Assembly: GCA_963767735.1 (NCBI GenBank)
Contig: CAVYES010000006.1
Coordinates: forward strand, 448,001-512,000
Origin: Candidatus Bathyarchaeota archaeon
Lineage (GTDB): Archaea > Thermoproteota > Bathyarchaeia > Bathyarchaeales > Bathycorpusculaceae
Length of the DNA stretch: 64,000 nucleotides
Direction of reading: 5' to 3'
In this document: piece by piece, positions 41,221 through 51,658 of the stretch
Layout of the letters: every line of letters starts with the position of its first letter
Numbering within the stretch: position 1 is the first letter of the stretch
Notes under the pieces: model-generated
Database searches by the model: none
What the model was told of the DNA's origin: nothing
The model's input: only the letters and a program-made list of their open reading frames with translations
Program-made: the position numbers and the translations under genes

Positions 41221-42343
41221 GCACGCGCGCTGCCTTGTCCCGATATTACGTGTTGAAGTATGTTGGTGAGACTGCTTTATCGTATCTTCCGAAGTTTTCT
41301 GCCGCCTCTCGGTTCAGAACTAAGCATAGAATGCTAAAGAGCGCATATGAAGCTACGTTGCCTAAGCCTCTTACTTTATTGACGGTTAGGCTGTACTGTG
41401 TCTTTAGGAAGCTGTAGACTGCCTCTACATGAGGTCTTTTGTGGTACTCCTTCTTCTGTTCTTCCGGTCCATAGGCTCGAAACTTCTTGTCCACTCTCAG
41501 CAAGCCCTTAACGTCCCGTTTCTGGTTTGCAACGATACGGAATCACCGCAGCGTCAACAGCGTCTCTGAGTTTGCCGTCGCTGTACTGGCTGTCAGCTAT
41601 CACACTTCTCAGTTTAGCCTCAGACTGCTTGAGAATCAGCTTGGTCTTCTCCAGCAGGTTCAATGAGTGTTTCTGCTCGTTCTGGTTGGCCGAAGCAAAA
41701 ATGCAGGCTAAAGGAAGCATAGTCGCAGAATCGATAGCTAAGTGAAGCTTGTAGCCGAGTCCGAAGGATCTGCCTGCGCGTCCGACTCTGGCTTCCTTGT
41801 CTGAATAGCCAGTCTGGTTGTCCAGTGGATCACGTGTACTCCACGCATTTATAAAGGAAGCATCAAAGATGGAATCAACGTCTCTTGCACTGCTGTGTTT
41901 CGAGAGTTTAACAACTTTCTCCTCTATTATGTTGATGAGGCGGATTTCTCCGACTTTGCGGATGAACCTGCTGAGAACACTTCGTGGGTAGCCTTTTTCG
42001 GCTGGTTTGATGAGGCACAATCTTCTAAGTCTTGGGTCTGCGTCGAGTAGTCTGGTCATTTCTCTTAGGCTGCGAACGCCCTTCATGCGCATGACGATGA
42101 AGGTTCTGAAAAGTCCCAATGGGTTTCTTGGGGGTCTTCCTGGACCATCGGAATGGAAGCAGTCTGAGTAAGGCTGCTTTAGCAAAACTTAAGTCTACGT
42201 TTCTGAAGAGGGTTTCTAGGGTCTCGTGTTCATCTTGTCCCGCTTGGGGTCACCTCCTAAGCTTGGACGTAACTCATTTGAATACGAGACCCCAACTCAA
42301 AAATAAACATTAACTTAATTTAGGGACAAGCCAGCGCGCATGC
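41221..42343 (-). mobile_element. IS element with DDE transposase (IS5/IS4-like)
   Basis: 31-bp inverted repeats at 41221-41251 and 42313-42343 (26/31 match) enclosing a transposase. Confidence 0.88.
41246..42243 (-). pseudogene. DDE transposase, frameshifted near 42168 and 41531
   Basis: GRPP, FDAS, GYKLHLAID, IADSQY, Y..R..VE..S.LK. Confidence 0.85.
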
Positions 42344-42408
42344 ACCTTTAGGTTTTTTGAGCAGCTTTGCCACCTGCAGTGACTTGGGTAGACGAGAACG
42401 GTCCAGTA

Positions 42409-42537
42409 TTAATTTTTTCTCTTATTCCATCTGCGGTTACCAGGTGGTCCTATAAGAAAATAACCTATTAACATAAGAGCAATGGTTACAACGATAATTA
42501 TCACAACTGTTACTTCAGTCGTTACTCTCACCTCCAT
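42409..42537 (-). CDS. Single-TM micro-protein (ATG 42537 or ACG 42522)
   Basis: VTVVIIIVVTIALMLIGYFLIG followed by basic tail RRWNKRKN; GGAGGTGA SD. Confidence 0.5.
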   Translation of the reverse strand: MEVRVTTEVTVVIIIVVTIALMLIGYFLIGPPGNRRWNKRKN

Positions 42538-42757
42538 TTTTAGTGTCTAAGTCTAAACATTTCCACTTAGGGCGAGCGTAATTTTTTTCGGTGTTTAGTA
42601 CTTCAACCTGGAACTTTTTTGGCAATGACGAAAAGTGTGATTCATTAACGACTTTTTCGCCATCCACTTCTATCTTGATGTATTTTAGAAGCGCGGTCGC
42701 ATTAACAATAATGGTGTGTTTTTCAGTCTCTCCTATTTCAAACTTGGCTTTTGTCAT
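42515..42757 (-). CDS. Hypothetical small beta protein, possibly truncated
   Basis: GGAGG SD; FEIGETEKH..IEVDGEKV motif whose second copy appears cut short. Confidence 0.55.
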   Translation of the reverse strand: MTKAKFEIGETEKHTIIVNATALLKYIKIEVDGEKVVNESHFSSLPKKFQVEVLNTEKNYARPKWKCLDLDTKNGGESND

Positions 42758-42785
42758 TTTTTTGAACCTCCCTCCTCTAACTTTG

Positions 42786-43530
42786 CTACTTCCACTTTGT
42801 TAGTATTTCCTCCCTTCGGAAAGTGGCTGTGCTAACATAGAACAGCGCCACATCAACCGCTAAAAGTATACCTGAGATTATAAGCAGGCTGTTTACGTCA
42901 AGAGTTATTATGCTTGTCTCACTGGCAAGGTATATGCCCAAGAGTGGAAAGAGGATAAAAATTCCAAAACTGTTAGCGCTGCGCACATCATTAACTCGCG
43001 ATGAAACAATGACGCTGAACAAAACACTCATAACAATGGCGACCGGCATCAGAACCAGGAGCAAAGTGGCGATGTTCCAGTTTGGAAAATAATAGTAGCC
43101 AAGCGTATGGAAAGTAACCTCATCAATGCCCACCATGAAGACTGCTGCAGCCGCATACATTGCTACTAAAGTTGGAATAATTGCGGAAATGGCTTTTCCA
43201 AGCAATATTTCTCCATCAGTAAGGGGCGTGGCTAGAAGCGGTTCCAGACTCTTCTCCACTTTCTCCCCCACTATACTGTAGGAGGCAATCCCTAAGGGAA
43301 CGTATGCTGCTCCTATAACTAAAAAGAAGGAAAAGGAGTTAAGCAAATTTGGAAGCACACCCGGCGCTGCGAGTCCATGGCTCCCCCTTACTGCTAAATA
43401 TTCCAGTATCACCGGAAACAGGACTGAGATAACAACTGGGAAAATAATAATTGAGGTACCAGACGTTTTTTACTCGCCTAAATATTTTGAAGTCCCTGGC
43501 TGCTATAATCCACGCCTTTGAGAGTCTCAT
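42786..43530 (-). CDS. ABC-2 type permease (+1 frameshift near 43455)
   Basis: SIVGEKVEKSLEPLLATP..EILLGK, FRREEIL. Confidence 0.9.
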
Positions 43531-43532
43531 AT

Positions 43533-44460
43533 TTATTTCCTCACAAGTTTTAGATAGGTATCTTCTAAAGTTGAGCCAACCACATTGATTGATCGGACAT
43601 GACCGCCCGCCAGCACTATAGCCTCTACAACAGGCGAATTTTCCTTGTCTGGGTCTTCCACGTCAAATGTTATCGTGTCGCCGCCGCTGGACAGGTTTTT
43701 GAGCGCCAGTTTTTTCAGTGCCCCCAAAACCGGCATCGTTCACTTGCTGTTCCAATCCGATAACTGTCTTCCTGCCGCTAACGGACCTTTCAAGTTCCTG
43801 CGGAGTACCAATTGCCCTAAGACTCGTATTCATTATTGCTACCCTGTCGCAGATTCTCTGCGCCTCGTCAAGGTTGTGAGTGTTTAGGAAGATTGTCTTC
43901 TTCTCTTTTTTTAGTTGAAGAATGAAATCTCGGACTGTTTTCGCAGCCTCAGGATCTAAATTTGCAGTAGGCTCGTCCATGAAAAGTACTTGTGGGTCAT
44001 GGATTAGGGCGCGGGCTATGGCGAGTTTTTGTTTCATGCCCTTGGAAAAGGTCCCTGCTAAAACGTTTCTCTTATCCCAAAGCCCTAACATCTCAAGAAA
44101 ACGTTTATTGTTCTCTTTCCTTTGAGCATCGGAGCAGTCGTATATTTTTCCGTAAAAGTCCAGGTTATCGTAAGCAGTAAGATGTTCAGATAATCCAACG
44201 TTATCAGGAACTAACCCGATGATTTTTCGGATTTTCAAAGCATCTTCTTTGTTGCCTATTTCGTAGTCGCCTATTTTGGCGCTTCCGCTCGTCTTTGATA
44301 TTAGGCAACAAAGCATTCTGACGGTGGTGGTTTTTCCTGCTCCGTTGGGTCCGAGGAAGCCGAAAACTTCGCCATCGTTAACATGTAGAGTGAGGTTGTC
44401 GACGGCTGTAAGATCCCCGAATTTTTTTGTTAGGTTTTCAGTATCAATCATTACGGTCAC
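43533..44460 (-). CDS. ABC exporter ATP-binding subunit (+1 frameshift near 43731)
   Basis: GPNGAGKTT, FSKGMKQ, MDEPT, C-terminal TLEDTYL. Confidence 0.92.
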
Positions 44461-44711
44461 TGAACGCTTGCGTTATTTCCATGCGGTCTTTGAGTGACTC
44501 TGAATCATTTGTTATATAAGCTTTCAAGCGGGTTATGGCAGCTTTTTTTCTAACAAAGCTAACGGAAAAATTTCGTATAGTGCATTACAATATTATGGTA
44601 TACGCCAAATGAATTCTGCCTGCAGGTTTAACAGGGCTTATTGAATAATTATAGGCAGAAAATTAATATTGGGCGCCCGTGCAATGGTGTTAAGAAACGT
44701 TGGTGACGTAA

Positions 44712-44918
44712 TTGAGTTTTGGAACAAAAATCTTCAGTGGCGTTCAAGAAGTGTTTATTTTAGCGTTAATGGTTGTAACTATTTTTGGGCTTTTCTACGT
44801 TCCCATAAGTCTCATGTACAAGGTAGGCATGGCTGCAATTGTGTTCTCAGTAATCTTTTTAATGACGTTGGCAACCCAAATTCTAAGGCAACAAAAAGAA
44901 ACCAAGCCTACCGCCTAA
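44712..44918 (+). CDS. Small 2-TM membrane protein
   Basis: GGTGA SD, TTG start, two hydrophobic helices. Confidence 0.7.
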   Translation: MSFGTKIFSGVQEVFILALMVVTIFGLFYVPISLMYKVGMAAIVFSVIFLMTLATQILRQQKETKPTA

Positions 44919-45033
44919 ACTTACGCTTTTCACTTTCACTCTACCCTCCCCTGTTTCGCAACGTCGTTTCTCCGATGCTTTAAAAAGAGTTAGAAGCGCA
45001 CTTGCTGCTCGTCAAGGAATAGGAGAGCAAAGT

Positions 45034-45753
45034 ATGTCTCAAAATTTAATTGTCAAACCTGCAATGGCTCAACCACTATTTTCTTTAAACATGCCAGGTG
45101 TAGACGAGCTTTTTCCAGGATTTGCACCAGGCGACTTCGCCGTGCTTTATGGGTCGCCATCAGTTATTTCATTAACTTCTCTGCTCTGCATAAGAGCGCA
45201 GTTGCCAGTTCAGCTTGGCGGCTTAGGAAGCAACGTTGTCTTTATTGACGGTGGAAACACGTTTAGGCTCTACAAAATCGCTCGTTTAGCTCAACTTCAC
45301 CAGCTAAACCCACGAGAAGTGCTTGAACGCATCTTTATTTCAAGAGCATTCACAGCTTACCAATTAACTTCTCTTATACTTGATAAACTGGAAGAAACCA
45401 TAAAACACTACGATGCCAAACTCGTGGTCATTTCAGACATAGCAGGATTCTTTTTAGATAATGACATTCCACATGAAGAGGCGCAGAGAGTCTACAGCCA
45501 AATCGTCAGTTACCTTTCAAGCTTTGCAAAAAAACACCAAATCATTCTAATCGCAACTTGCCTTCCCTACTCTGACAGCCGAAGAAACAGTTTACTTCAA
45601 GAAATAACCTGCTCAAAAGCAAACACGGTACTATCTTTTAGCAAAACAACCTACACGCGAGAAGTCACATTAGAGAAGCATCCATTTTTCGTTTTAGGCA
45701 CCGCCGAACTTCCCTCCGAAAACCTGACCTTAACCGACTTCATGGGCGCTTGA
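45034..45753 (+). CDS. RadA/RecA-like protein with degenerate Walker A (PolB2-associated)
   Basis: QLPVQLGG, VFIDGGNTF, ISRAFTAYQL; GKT is missing. Confidence 0.88.
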   Translation: MSQNLIVKPAMAQPLFSLNMPGVDELFPGFAPGDFAVLYGSPSVISLTSLLCIRAQLPVQLGGLGSNVVFIDGGNTFRLYKIARLAQLHQLNPREVLERIFISRAFTAYQLTSLILDKLEETIKHYDAKLVVISDIAGFFLDNDIPHEEAQRVYSQIVSYLSSFAKKHQIILIATCLPYSDSRRNSLLQEITCSKANTVLSFSKTTYTREVTLEKHPFFVLGTAELPSENLTLTDFMGA

Positions 45754-45754
45754 C

Positions 45755-46027
45755 GTGGGTAAAACAGTTGAATCATACCGCATGGCAATTGAAGATGAAA
45801 TCCGCCGCTGGAACGGTTTCGCAAAAGCATTGCGCAAAGAAGACAGAGAAGCCTTCGACATACTGATGGATGCGTGCAGAAGCTACGCGTCGGCAGGAAG
45901 CAACGCTACTCAACCGTTACCTTTTGAACCAATGATTATGTCAATGCTGGTCTCACAGCAAATCCGTTTGCAGCGGCTGCAGAAGGAATTGGATGGCCTC
46001 AAGCAAAAGCAGCGCGGCGGTTCCTAA
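45755..46027 (+). CDS. Small PolB2-associated helical protein
   Basis: MGKTVESYR..W..F..ALR.EDREAFD; between radA-like and polB2. Confidence 0.85.
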   Translation: MGKTVESYRMAIEDEIRRWNGFAKALRKEDREAFDILMDACRSYASAGSNATQPLPFEPMIMSMLVSQQIRLQRLQKELDGLKQKQRGGS

Positions 46028-48290
46028 TTGCGTTAAAGGATGGCTGCTTGATGTTTATCCCTCTGACCCCGGCAAAGTCGCAGTTTGGGTGATAAGCGAA
46101 AAAGGCGAAAGAATCAAGTTCACTGACACGTTTCAACCCAGCATTTACGTCTCGGGCAAACAAGACGATCTTGAACGTTTAATCAGCCGACTTTTTAACA
46201 ATCAAAAAATCGCTTCAGTAAAGTTCGTGCAAAAATACGTTCAAGCTACAGATACTGAAAAGTCAAGGGTGCTGGAATTAACTGTTAAGGATTGCAGGCA
46301 AATTCCTTCTTTAACGCTTGAAATTTTGCGACTTGGAGATTTCTTGCGTTATGAACTTCACAACTGTGATCTGCAGAATGACCGTTCATACTTTTTTAGC
46401 CGTGACTTGTTTCCGCTTGCACTTGTGGAGTTAAGAGTGGTAAAATCAGGTTTGGATTACACGCTTTTGGATTCGGTTGAAAGCACCGACTACGTTATTC
46501 CTAAACTGCAGGTAATCAAGCTTGACGTGCAAGTTGCTCAGCGGGGGATTATTGCTAATTTTGATGATGCAATCGATAAAATATGTTTAAGGCAAGAGGG
46601 CAAAGAAGATGTTGCCATTGATTACGGTGACGAAGCAACAAAGCTGCTGCAGCTTGTTTATGCAGTAAACGAGTTAGACCCTGACATAATCTTAACAAGC
46701 GCTGGCGACTCGTACCTTTTTCCCTACTTAATTTACAGAGCAACCGTAAACGATGTTTTAGAACAGTTCATTTTAAGCCGAGACAACAAGCCTTTTAAAA
46801 GCAAAACTTCAGCGGGCAACACCTACTTCTCCTATGGACGCACATTTTACAGGGCAGGCACCGTGCGGTTATACGGTAGAATACACATTGACGAAAACAA
46901 CACGTTCATCATAAAGGAAGCAGATTTTGAAGGCTTCATCGAGATAGCGCGAACCTGCCGAGTACCCCTTCACACGGCTGCCCGGTTCTCAATCGGCTCA
47001 AGCATGTCTTCTATGCAGATTTACCAAGCCATAAAAGATGACATTTTAGTGCCTCGAAACAAAAAGATTCCTGAAGCCTTCAAATCAGCCTTTGACTTGC
47101 TTGTGGGCGACCGCGGCGGCTTGGTTTTCGAGCCACGCCTAGGCGTCCATGATTCAGTGGGTGAATTAGATTTCTCTTCCATGTACCCGAGCCTGATGGC
47201 TAAATATAACATTTCGGCTGAAACAGTTCTTTGCAAATGCTGCCCCGATTCACCTATGAGAATGCCTGAGCTGAATTATCATATTTGTACAAAACGGGTT
47301 GGAATAGTACCTAAAACCATCGATTTAGCCTTAACCAAACGGCTGCATTATAAACGCCTAAGAGATGAAACAGGCAACAAACAGCTAAAGCAAGCGTACG
47401 ATATGCGTCAGACAGCGTTAAAATGGATTTTAGTCACATGCTTTGGCTACTTAGGCTTCAAAAACTCAAAATTCGGCACCGTTGACGGACACATAGGCGT
47501 TTGCGCTTTTGGCAGAGACGCTTTTCTTAAGGCAGCACACATTGCTGAAAATCAAGGTTTTGAGGTTGTTCACGGTATCGTCGATTCGTTGTGGCTCAAA
47601 AAGAAAAACGCACCCATAGAAGAATACACTGATTTATGCCGAGTAATCACGCAGGAGATAGGTGTTCCCATAAACTTTGAGGGGCGCTACAAATGGGTGG
47701 CTTTTCTGCCTTCCAAACTGCATCCCCGATTAAGTGTTTTAAACCGTTATTTGGGAGTTATGGAGAACAGTAAGGTTAAGATTAGGGGCTTAGAAGTGCG
47801 GCGTAGAGATACGCCAGGGTTTATTTTTGATGCCCAAACCGAAATGATCAACATATTAGCCTCAGCAGATAATTCATTGGAACTTCAACAGAAAATTCCT
47901 GAAGCATTAAACGTTTTAAAAATTTACAGGCAACGGTTACTTGACGGCGAAGTCCCCATTTCAGATTTGATTGTTACTAAGCATATGTCTAAACAACCGA
48001 AAAACTATAAACAGCATGTTAGCCAAGTTATCGTAGCCCGGCAATTAATTAAGCAAGGCGTGGAAGTTCATGCGGGCAATAACGTGAAATTTGTTTTCAC
48101 GCATTCTGAAGACAAACGATATGAGCGCAGAGTAAAAGCTATGCAGCTTATCGAGAAAGGCGTAACTCCAGACGCGAAAAAATACCTGCTGATGCTTTAT
48201 GTTTCAACCGCTAATCTGTTAAGCTTCTCAGGCTACACCACCAAAAAAGTGTACGACGCCGTCAAAGGGGAGCACCAAAAAACCCTTTAA
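45993..48290 (+). CDS. polB2: Family B DNA polymerase, PolB2 group
   Basis: DFSSMYPS, KWILVTCFGY, HGIVDS replacing YGDTDS, RGLEVRRRD; eroded exonuclease motifs. Confidence 0.9.
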   Translation: MASSKSSAAVPNCVKGWLLDVYPSDPGKVAVWVISEKGERIKFTDTFQPSIYVSGKQDDLERLISRLFNNQKIASVKFVQKYVQATDTEKSRVLELTVKDCRQIPSLTLEILRLGDFLRYELHNCDLQNDRSYFFSRDLFPLALVELRVVKSGLDYTLLDSVESTDYVIPKLQVIKLDVQVAQRGIIANFDDAIDKICLRQEGKEDVAIDYGDEATKLLQLVYAVNELDPDIILTSAGDSYLFPYLIYRATVNDVLEQFILSRDNKPFKSKTSAGNTYFSYGRTFYRAGTVRLYGRIHIDENNTFIIKEADFEGFIEIARTCRVPLHTAARFSIGSSMSSMQIYQAIKDDILVPRNKKIPEAFKSAFDLLVGDRGGLVFEPRLGVHDSVGELDFSSMYPSLMAKYNISAETVLCKCCPDSPMRMPELNYHICTKRVGIVPKTIDLALTKRLHYKRLRDETGNKQLKQAYDMRQTALKWILVTCFGYLGFKNSKFGTVDGHIGVCAFGRDAFLKAAHIAENQGFEVVHGIVDSLWLKKKNAPIEEYTDLCRVITQEIGVPINFEGRYKWVAFLPSKLHPRLSVLNRYLGVMENSKVKIRGLEVRRRDTPGFIFDAQTEMINILASADNSLELQQKIPEALNVLKIYRQRLLDGEVPISDLIVTKHMSKQPKNYKQHVSQVIVARQLIKQGVEVHAGNNVKFVFTHSEDKRYERRVKAMQLIEKGVTPDAKKYLLMLYVSTANLLSFSGYTTKKVYDAVKGEHQKTL

Positions 48291-48292
48291 CA
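48258..48292 (+). repeat. 35-bp direct repeat, copy 1 (3' end of polB2)
   Basis: GCCGTCAAAGGGGAGCACCAAAAAACCCTTTAACA. Confidence 0.95.
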
Positions 48293-48463
48293 AAAAATCT
48301 TGCCCAACTTGCATCCAAACACAAAATGGCGCCAGCGATGGACCAATGAGGCAGAGAAATGGCAAGATAAGATTCCTGAGGCAAAAGCTTTTTTGAAGAA
48401 CTTTGTAAGTAAAGAATACTTTATAAGATTATCCAGATATAGGATTATCCTGAGTAGAATAAT

Positions 48464-49828
48464 GTGAAGTTCTATGATAGACGGATTGAACTTAAGGCAT
48501 TAGACGTAGCTTGTTCCCAAAAAGGCGCAGAGATGATAGTAGTTAGTGGGCGCAGGCGAATTGGCAAGAGCAGGCTCATTAATGAATTTCTAAAAGAAAG
48601 AGACGCGGTCAAGATTCTGATAGTACCAAAAGAAGAGAAACAAGTAGCAGGCGATTTTGCAGTTGCCCTCGCTGATGGTTATACTCCTTCACTAAGTAAC
48701 GTGGAACAAGCTCTTGAATACTATTTCAACAACTCAAAGAAACAGATTCTCTACATAGATGAGTTTCCAAATCTTATCGAAGTGAACGCTTCAATACCAT
48801 ACGTCTTTCAAAGGATTTGGGAGAAATACAAGGAAACAAGTTCAAGAAAACTCATTTTTTCAGGCTCGTATGTTAGCATGATGAACAAGATATTTACTCA
48901 TCAGAAAGCACCCCTTTTCAACAGAGCAAGTTATCAGTTCATACTTCAACCATTAACATTAAGAGTTGTTTGGGAAATTCAAGAAGATCTAGGAGTGGAT
49001 GCCTTGGAAAAGATTAGAAACTACTGCATACTTGGAGGAGTGCCTTTCTATTACGAATTGCTTGAAAAAAGGGGAATTGCGAATCCTGTAAATGATCTCT
49101 TTTTTGACGTCGCCGCACCTCTCAAGGAAGAAGGGCAAAATGTACTCAGACAAGAATTTGGATTCTCCTATAAGAAATATTTCTCAATAATAGAAGCGAT
49201 AGGCGCAGGCGTTGTCACAGGCAGCGAAATAGCAAACAGACTTGGTGTGTCGCAGACAACGCTCTCTAAATATATAATTTCACTACAACAAGACTTTCAA
49301 CTTGTAGAGCGGAACGTGCCGTTTGGGCAAAACATCCACAGAAGCAAGAAAGGACTATACTCAATCAAAGATAACACCATCGCCTTCTGGTTCGCCCACG
49401 TTTATGGCAAGCCCGAACAACCCAATAAAGAGATGATTAACGAATTTGTCAGTAAGAGGTTCGAAATGTTTTGCAAGGACTTTTTTGCAGCATACTTAAA
49501 GGTCAAAGGTGAAAAAGTAATCAGAACGGGACGCTGGTGGGGGCAAGTGGAGGTTACGCCAAATAAGTTCGAAGAAAAAGAGATAGACTTCATTACAGAA
49601 ACAGAAAGCTGCATGTATTTTGCAGAGTGCAAATGGACAAACAAAAAAATAGGTCTAATGGGCCTCAACACCACTCTTGAAGAATCATCTAAAGCTATAA
49701 AAACCAAAAAAACTGTTAAGAAAGTGCTCTTTTCAAAATCGGGGTTCGACTTAAATGAAGCCAATGACGTTTTGCTGTTTAATCCTGAAAGGATAGAAAG
49801 TGAAATAAAAAGGCTGCATGGCGTGTGA
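48464..49828 (+). CDS. Archaeal ATPase with wHTH and DUF234 PD-(D/E)XK domain
   Basis: FYDRRIEL, GRRRIGKS, IDEFP, GGVPFY, FWF, EID..FAECKW. Confidence 0.92.
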   Translation: MKFYDRRIELKALDVACSQKGAEMIVVSGRRRIGKSRLINEFLKERDAVKILIVPKEEKQVAGDFAVALADGYTPSLSNVEQALEYYFNNSKKQILYIDEFPNLIEVNASIPYVFQRIWEKYKETSSRKLIFSGSYVSMMNKIFTHQKAPLFNRASYQFILQPLTLRVVWEIQEDLGVDALEKIRNYCILGGVPFYYELLEKRGIANPVNDLFFDVAAPLKEEGQNVLRQEFGFSYKKYFSIIEAIGAGVVTGSEIANRLGVSQTTLSKYIISLQQDFQLVERNVPFGQNIHRSKKGLYSIKDNTIAFWFAHVYGKPEQPNKEMINEFVSKRFEMFCKDFFAAYLKVKGEKVIRTGRWWGQVEVTPNKFEEKEIDFITETESCMYFAECKWTNKKIGLMGLNTTLEESSKAIKTKKTVKKVLFSKSGFDLNEANDVLLFNPERIESEIKRLHGV

Positions 49829-49852
49829 GATAAACCGTGCAAAACTCAGGAT

Positions 49853-49887
49853 GCCGTCAAAGGGGAGCACCAAAAAACCCTTTAACA
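49853..49887 (+). repeat. 35-bp direct repeat, copy 2
   Basis: Identical to 48258-48292. Confidence 0.95.
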
Positions 49888-50021
49888 GAAGAATCTTTTT
49901 GCTCCACCCAACTATTAGCTCGTTAAGTCTAAAGCTTGGGGAATCTATTATTTGTCATTAATAATGCATGCTAAACGTTCTCATCCATGAAACTATGAAA
50001 TTGAAGTAAGCGTTTTTCTTT

Positions 50022-50372
50022 TTATTCGGTCAAGTAATTGGCGTTGTTAATTGGTATTATGATGAATTGATTGGTGTGTGGGCTGCGTTTTTTGGTTTTT
50101 ATGAAGATTGGGGATTCTTGGGGTTTGAGCATTGCTGTAAGATTTATCCATGCTTGAGTGAATTTTTGTCCTTCCTTGGTCGTGATGAACTTTTTTGTGC
50201 TAGGTTGAAGTTCCAGAAGATTTGATACTTGAAGCTGCAGGAGATAGCTCTCAAGCAACTTGAAACTTGTGTTTGTGTTGCGTAAAATGCAGGTTTTTGC
50301 CTGAGGCATGCTACATAGTTCAAGAATGTCTTTTAAGACTTGTAGATGATTTCTTCTATTTTCAAAGATCAA
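50022..50372 (-). CDS. Winged-helix transcriptional regulator
   Basis: RRNHLQVLKDIL..KTCIL..TNTSF...TTKEG. Confidence 0.8.
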   Translation of the reverse strand: MIFENRRNHLQVLKDILELCSMPQAKTCILRNTNTSFKLLESYLLQLQVSNLLELQPSTKKFITTKEGQKFTQAWINLTAMLKPQESPIFIKTKKRSPHTNQFIIIPINNANYLTE

Positions 50373-50466
50373 ACTCTTTTCAAGCGCTATATAGCTTGTA
50401 TGGTATACATGCGGTAATATGCTTGAATGTACTCTTAAGCTTTATTTCGAAGTCTTAAGTGTTAAA

Positions 50467-50673
50467 TTATCTGCGTTTTAATGATTTCCAGGCAAAGAAC
50501 ATGACTGAGGAGACCAGAAATGCTGAGTCAAGCATGTTTGGGAAAGACGGGAAATAAACCCATTGATTAAAAAACGTAACGAATTTCAATGCAACACCGA
50601 TTGTCCCACACACAAAAGTTATCGTCATGCAATCGTTAAAGAGTTCACTTTTCTTGTTGTGAATTGTTTTCAT
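50467..50673 (-). CDS. Small 2-TM protein
   Basis: 68-aa ORF with two hydrophobic segments. Confidence 0.55.
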   Translation of the reverse strand: MKTIHNKKSELFNDCMTITFVCGTIGVALKFVTFFNQWVYFPSFPNMLDSAFLVSSVMFFAWKSLKRR

Positions 50674-50773
50674 GTTTCATCGTTGTACGCTTATACACTT
50701 TGTTTAATAATTAAATTATGAATTTCTACTAATTATTTGAAATAAGAAAATTTTTTGTTTAAGGCTGGGGTTG

Positions 50774-51424
50774 TTATGTTATTCTGGTTGCTGTTTCTAT
50801 GAGGAATCCTTTTTTGCCGATTGTGTATGGGATGCTTCTTGAAGGGACAAAGGTGCCTTTCATTTTCTTTACCATGATATCTCGATGTGTGGCATCTGAC
50901 GTCCATGTTGTATTGAATAATATTACGCCGTCGGCGAAGTGTTGCATTGCAGTTTCAGCTTTTGGGTCTTGCATCCCTTCAGTCAAGAGAAGTAAGTGGT
51001 ATTCTTCGCTGTCTTTGTTTTGACGTAACATTGCGGTGAGCAAGTTAATGGCTTCTCCGATTTTCCGGGTTAAGAGCACTTCGGAGAGTGAATCTATAAT
51101 AATTGTTCGATGCCCTCGCATTTCTTCAAGTACGGTTTCCACCAGATTATCGGCTTTTGCCAAGGTTTCAAACTTCCAGTTTCCTGTGGCTTCTAGCGGT
51201 GAGGTATCCCAGTTATAGGCGGCCATCTCTTCTTTCACGTTGTCGGAGGTAACATTTACAGTAAAGTATGTTACCCCAATCTGTTTTGCTCGCAAATAGG
51301 CGATTTGTCTAGCAAAGACTTCGTTTCCCGAGCCTGGCAAGCCTGTTAGAAGCAATATTTTAGGCGGTAGACCTCCAGTTAAGAATTCGTCGAGACCTGC
51401 GATTCCAGTTTTAACAAGTTTCAT
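50774..51424 (-). CDS. KaiC/RAD55-like single-domain protein with degenerate Walker A
   Basis: KTGIAGLDEFLTGG, GLPGSGNE, IIIDSLS, FADGVI, VKKMKG. Confidence 0.88.
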   Translation of the reverse strand: MKLVKTGIAGLDEFLTGGLPPKILLLTGLPGSGNEVFARQIAYLRAKQIGVTYFTVNVTSDNVKEEMAAYNWDTSPLEATGNWKFETLAKADNLVETVLEEMRGHRTIIIDSLSEVLLTRKIGEAINLLTAMLRQNKDSEEYHLLLLTEGMQDPKAETAMQHFADGVILFNTTWTSDATHRDIMVKKMKGTFVPSRSIPYTIGKKGFLIETATRIT

Positions 51425-51658
51425 CTTTAGCTTCCTTCTTCATGTTTTCAATATTTTTGTCGAAACTTTTTTCAACCCGCCGCAAGAAAAAGCGGAAATA
51501 TGCTTTTCTCTAAACTTTTATCACAGTTAAATGTCAATGTTAACTCTATTAAGAAATGTTTCATTTTTAGCCTTATAAGAATTCGGGTGGAAGATTGTTC
51601 CTTACCGCTTTTTAAGCAAGCGTCCGAGAGTTAGCTTAAGAAAGGAGAGCTTTCTAAG

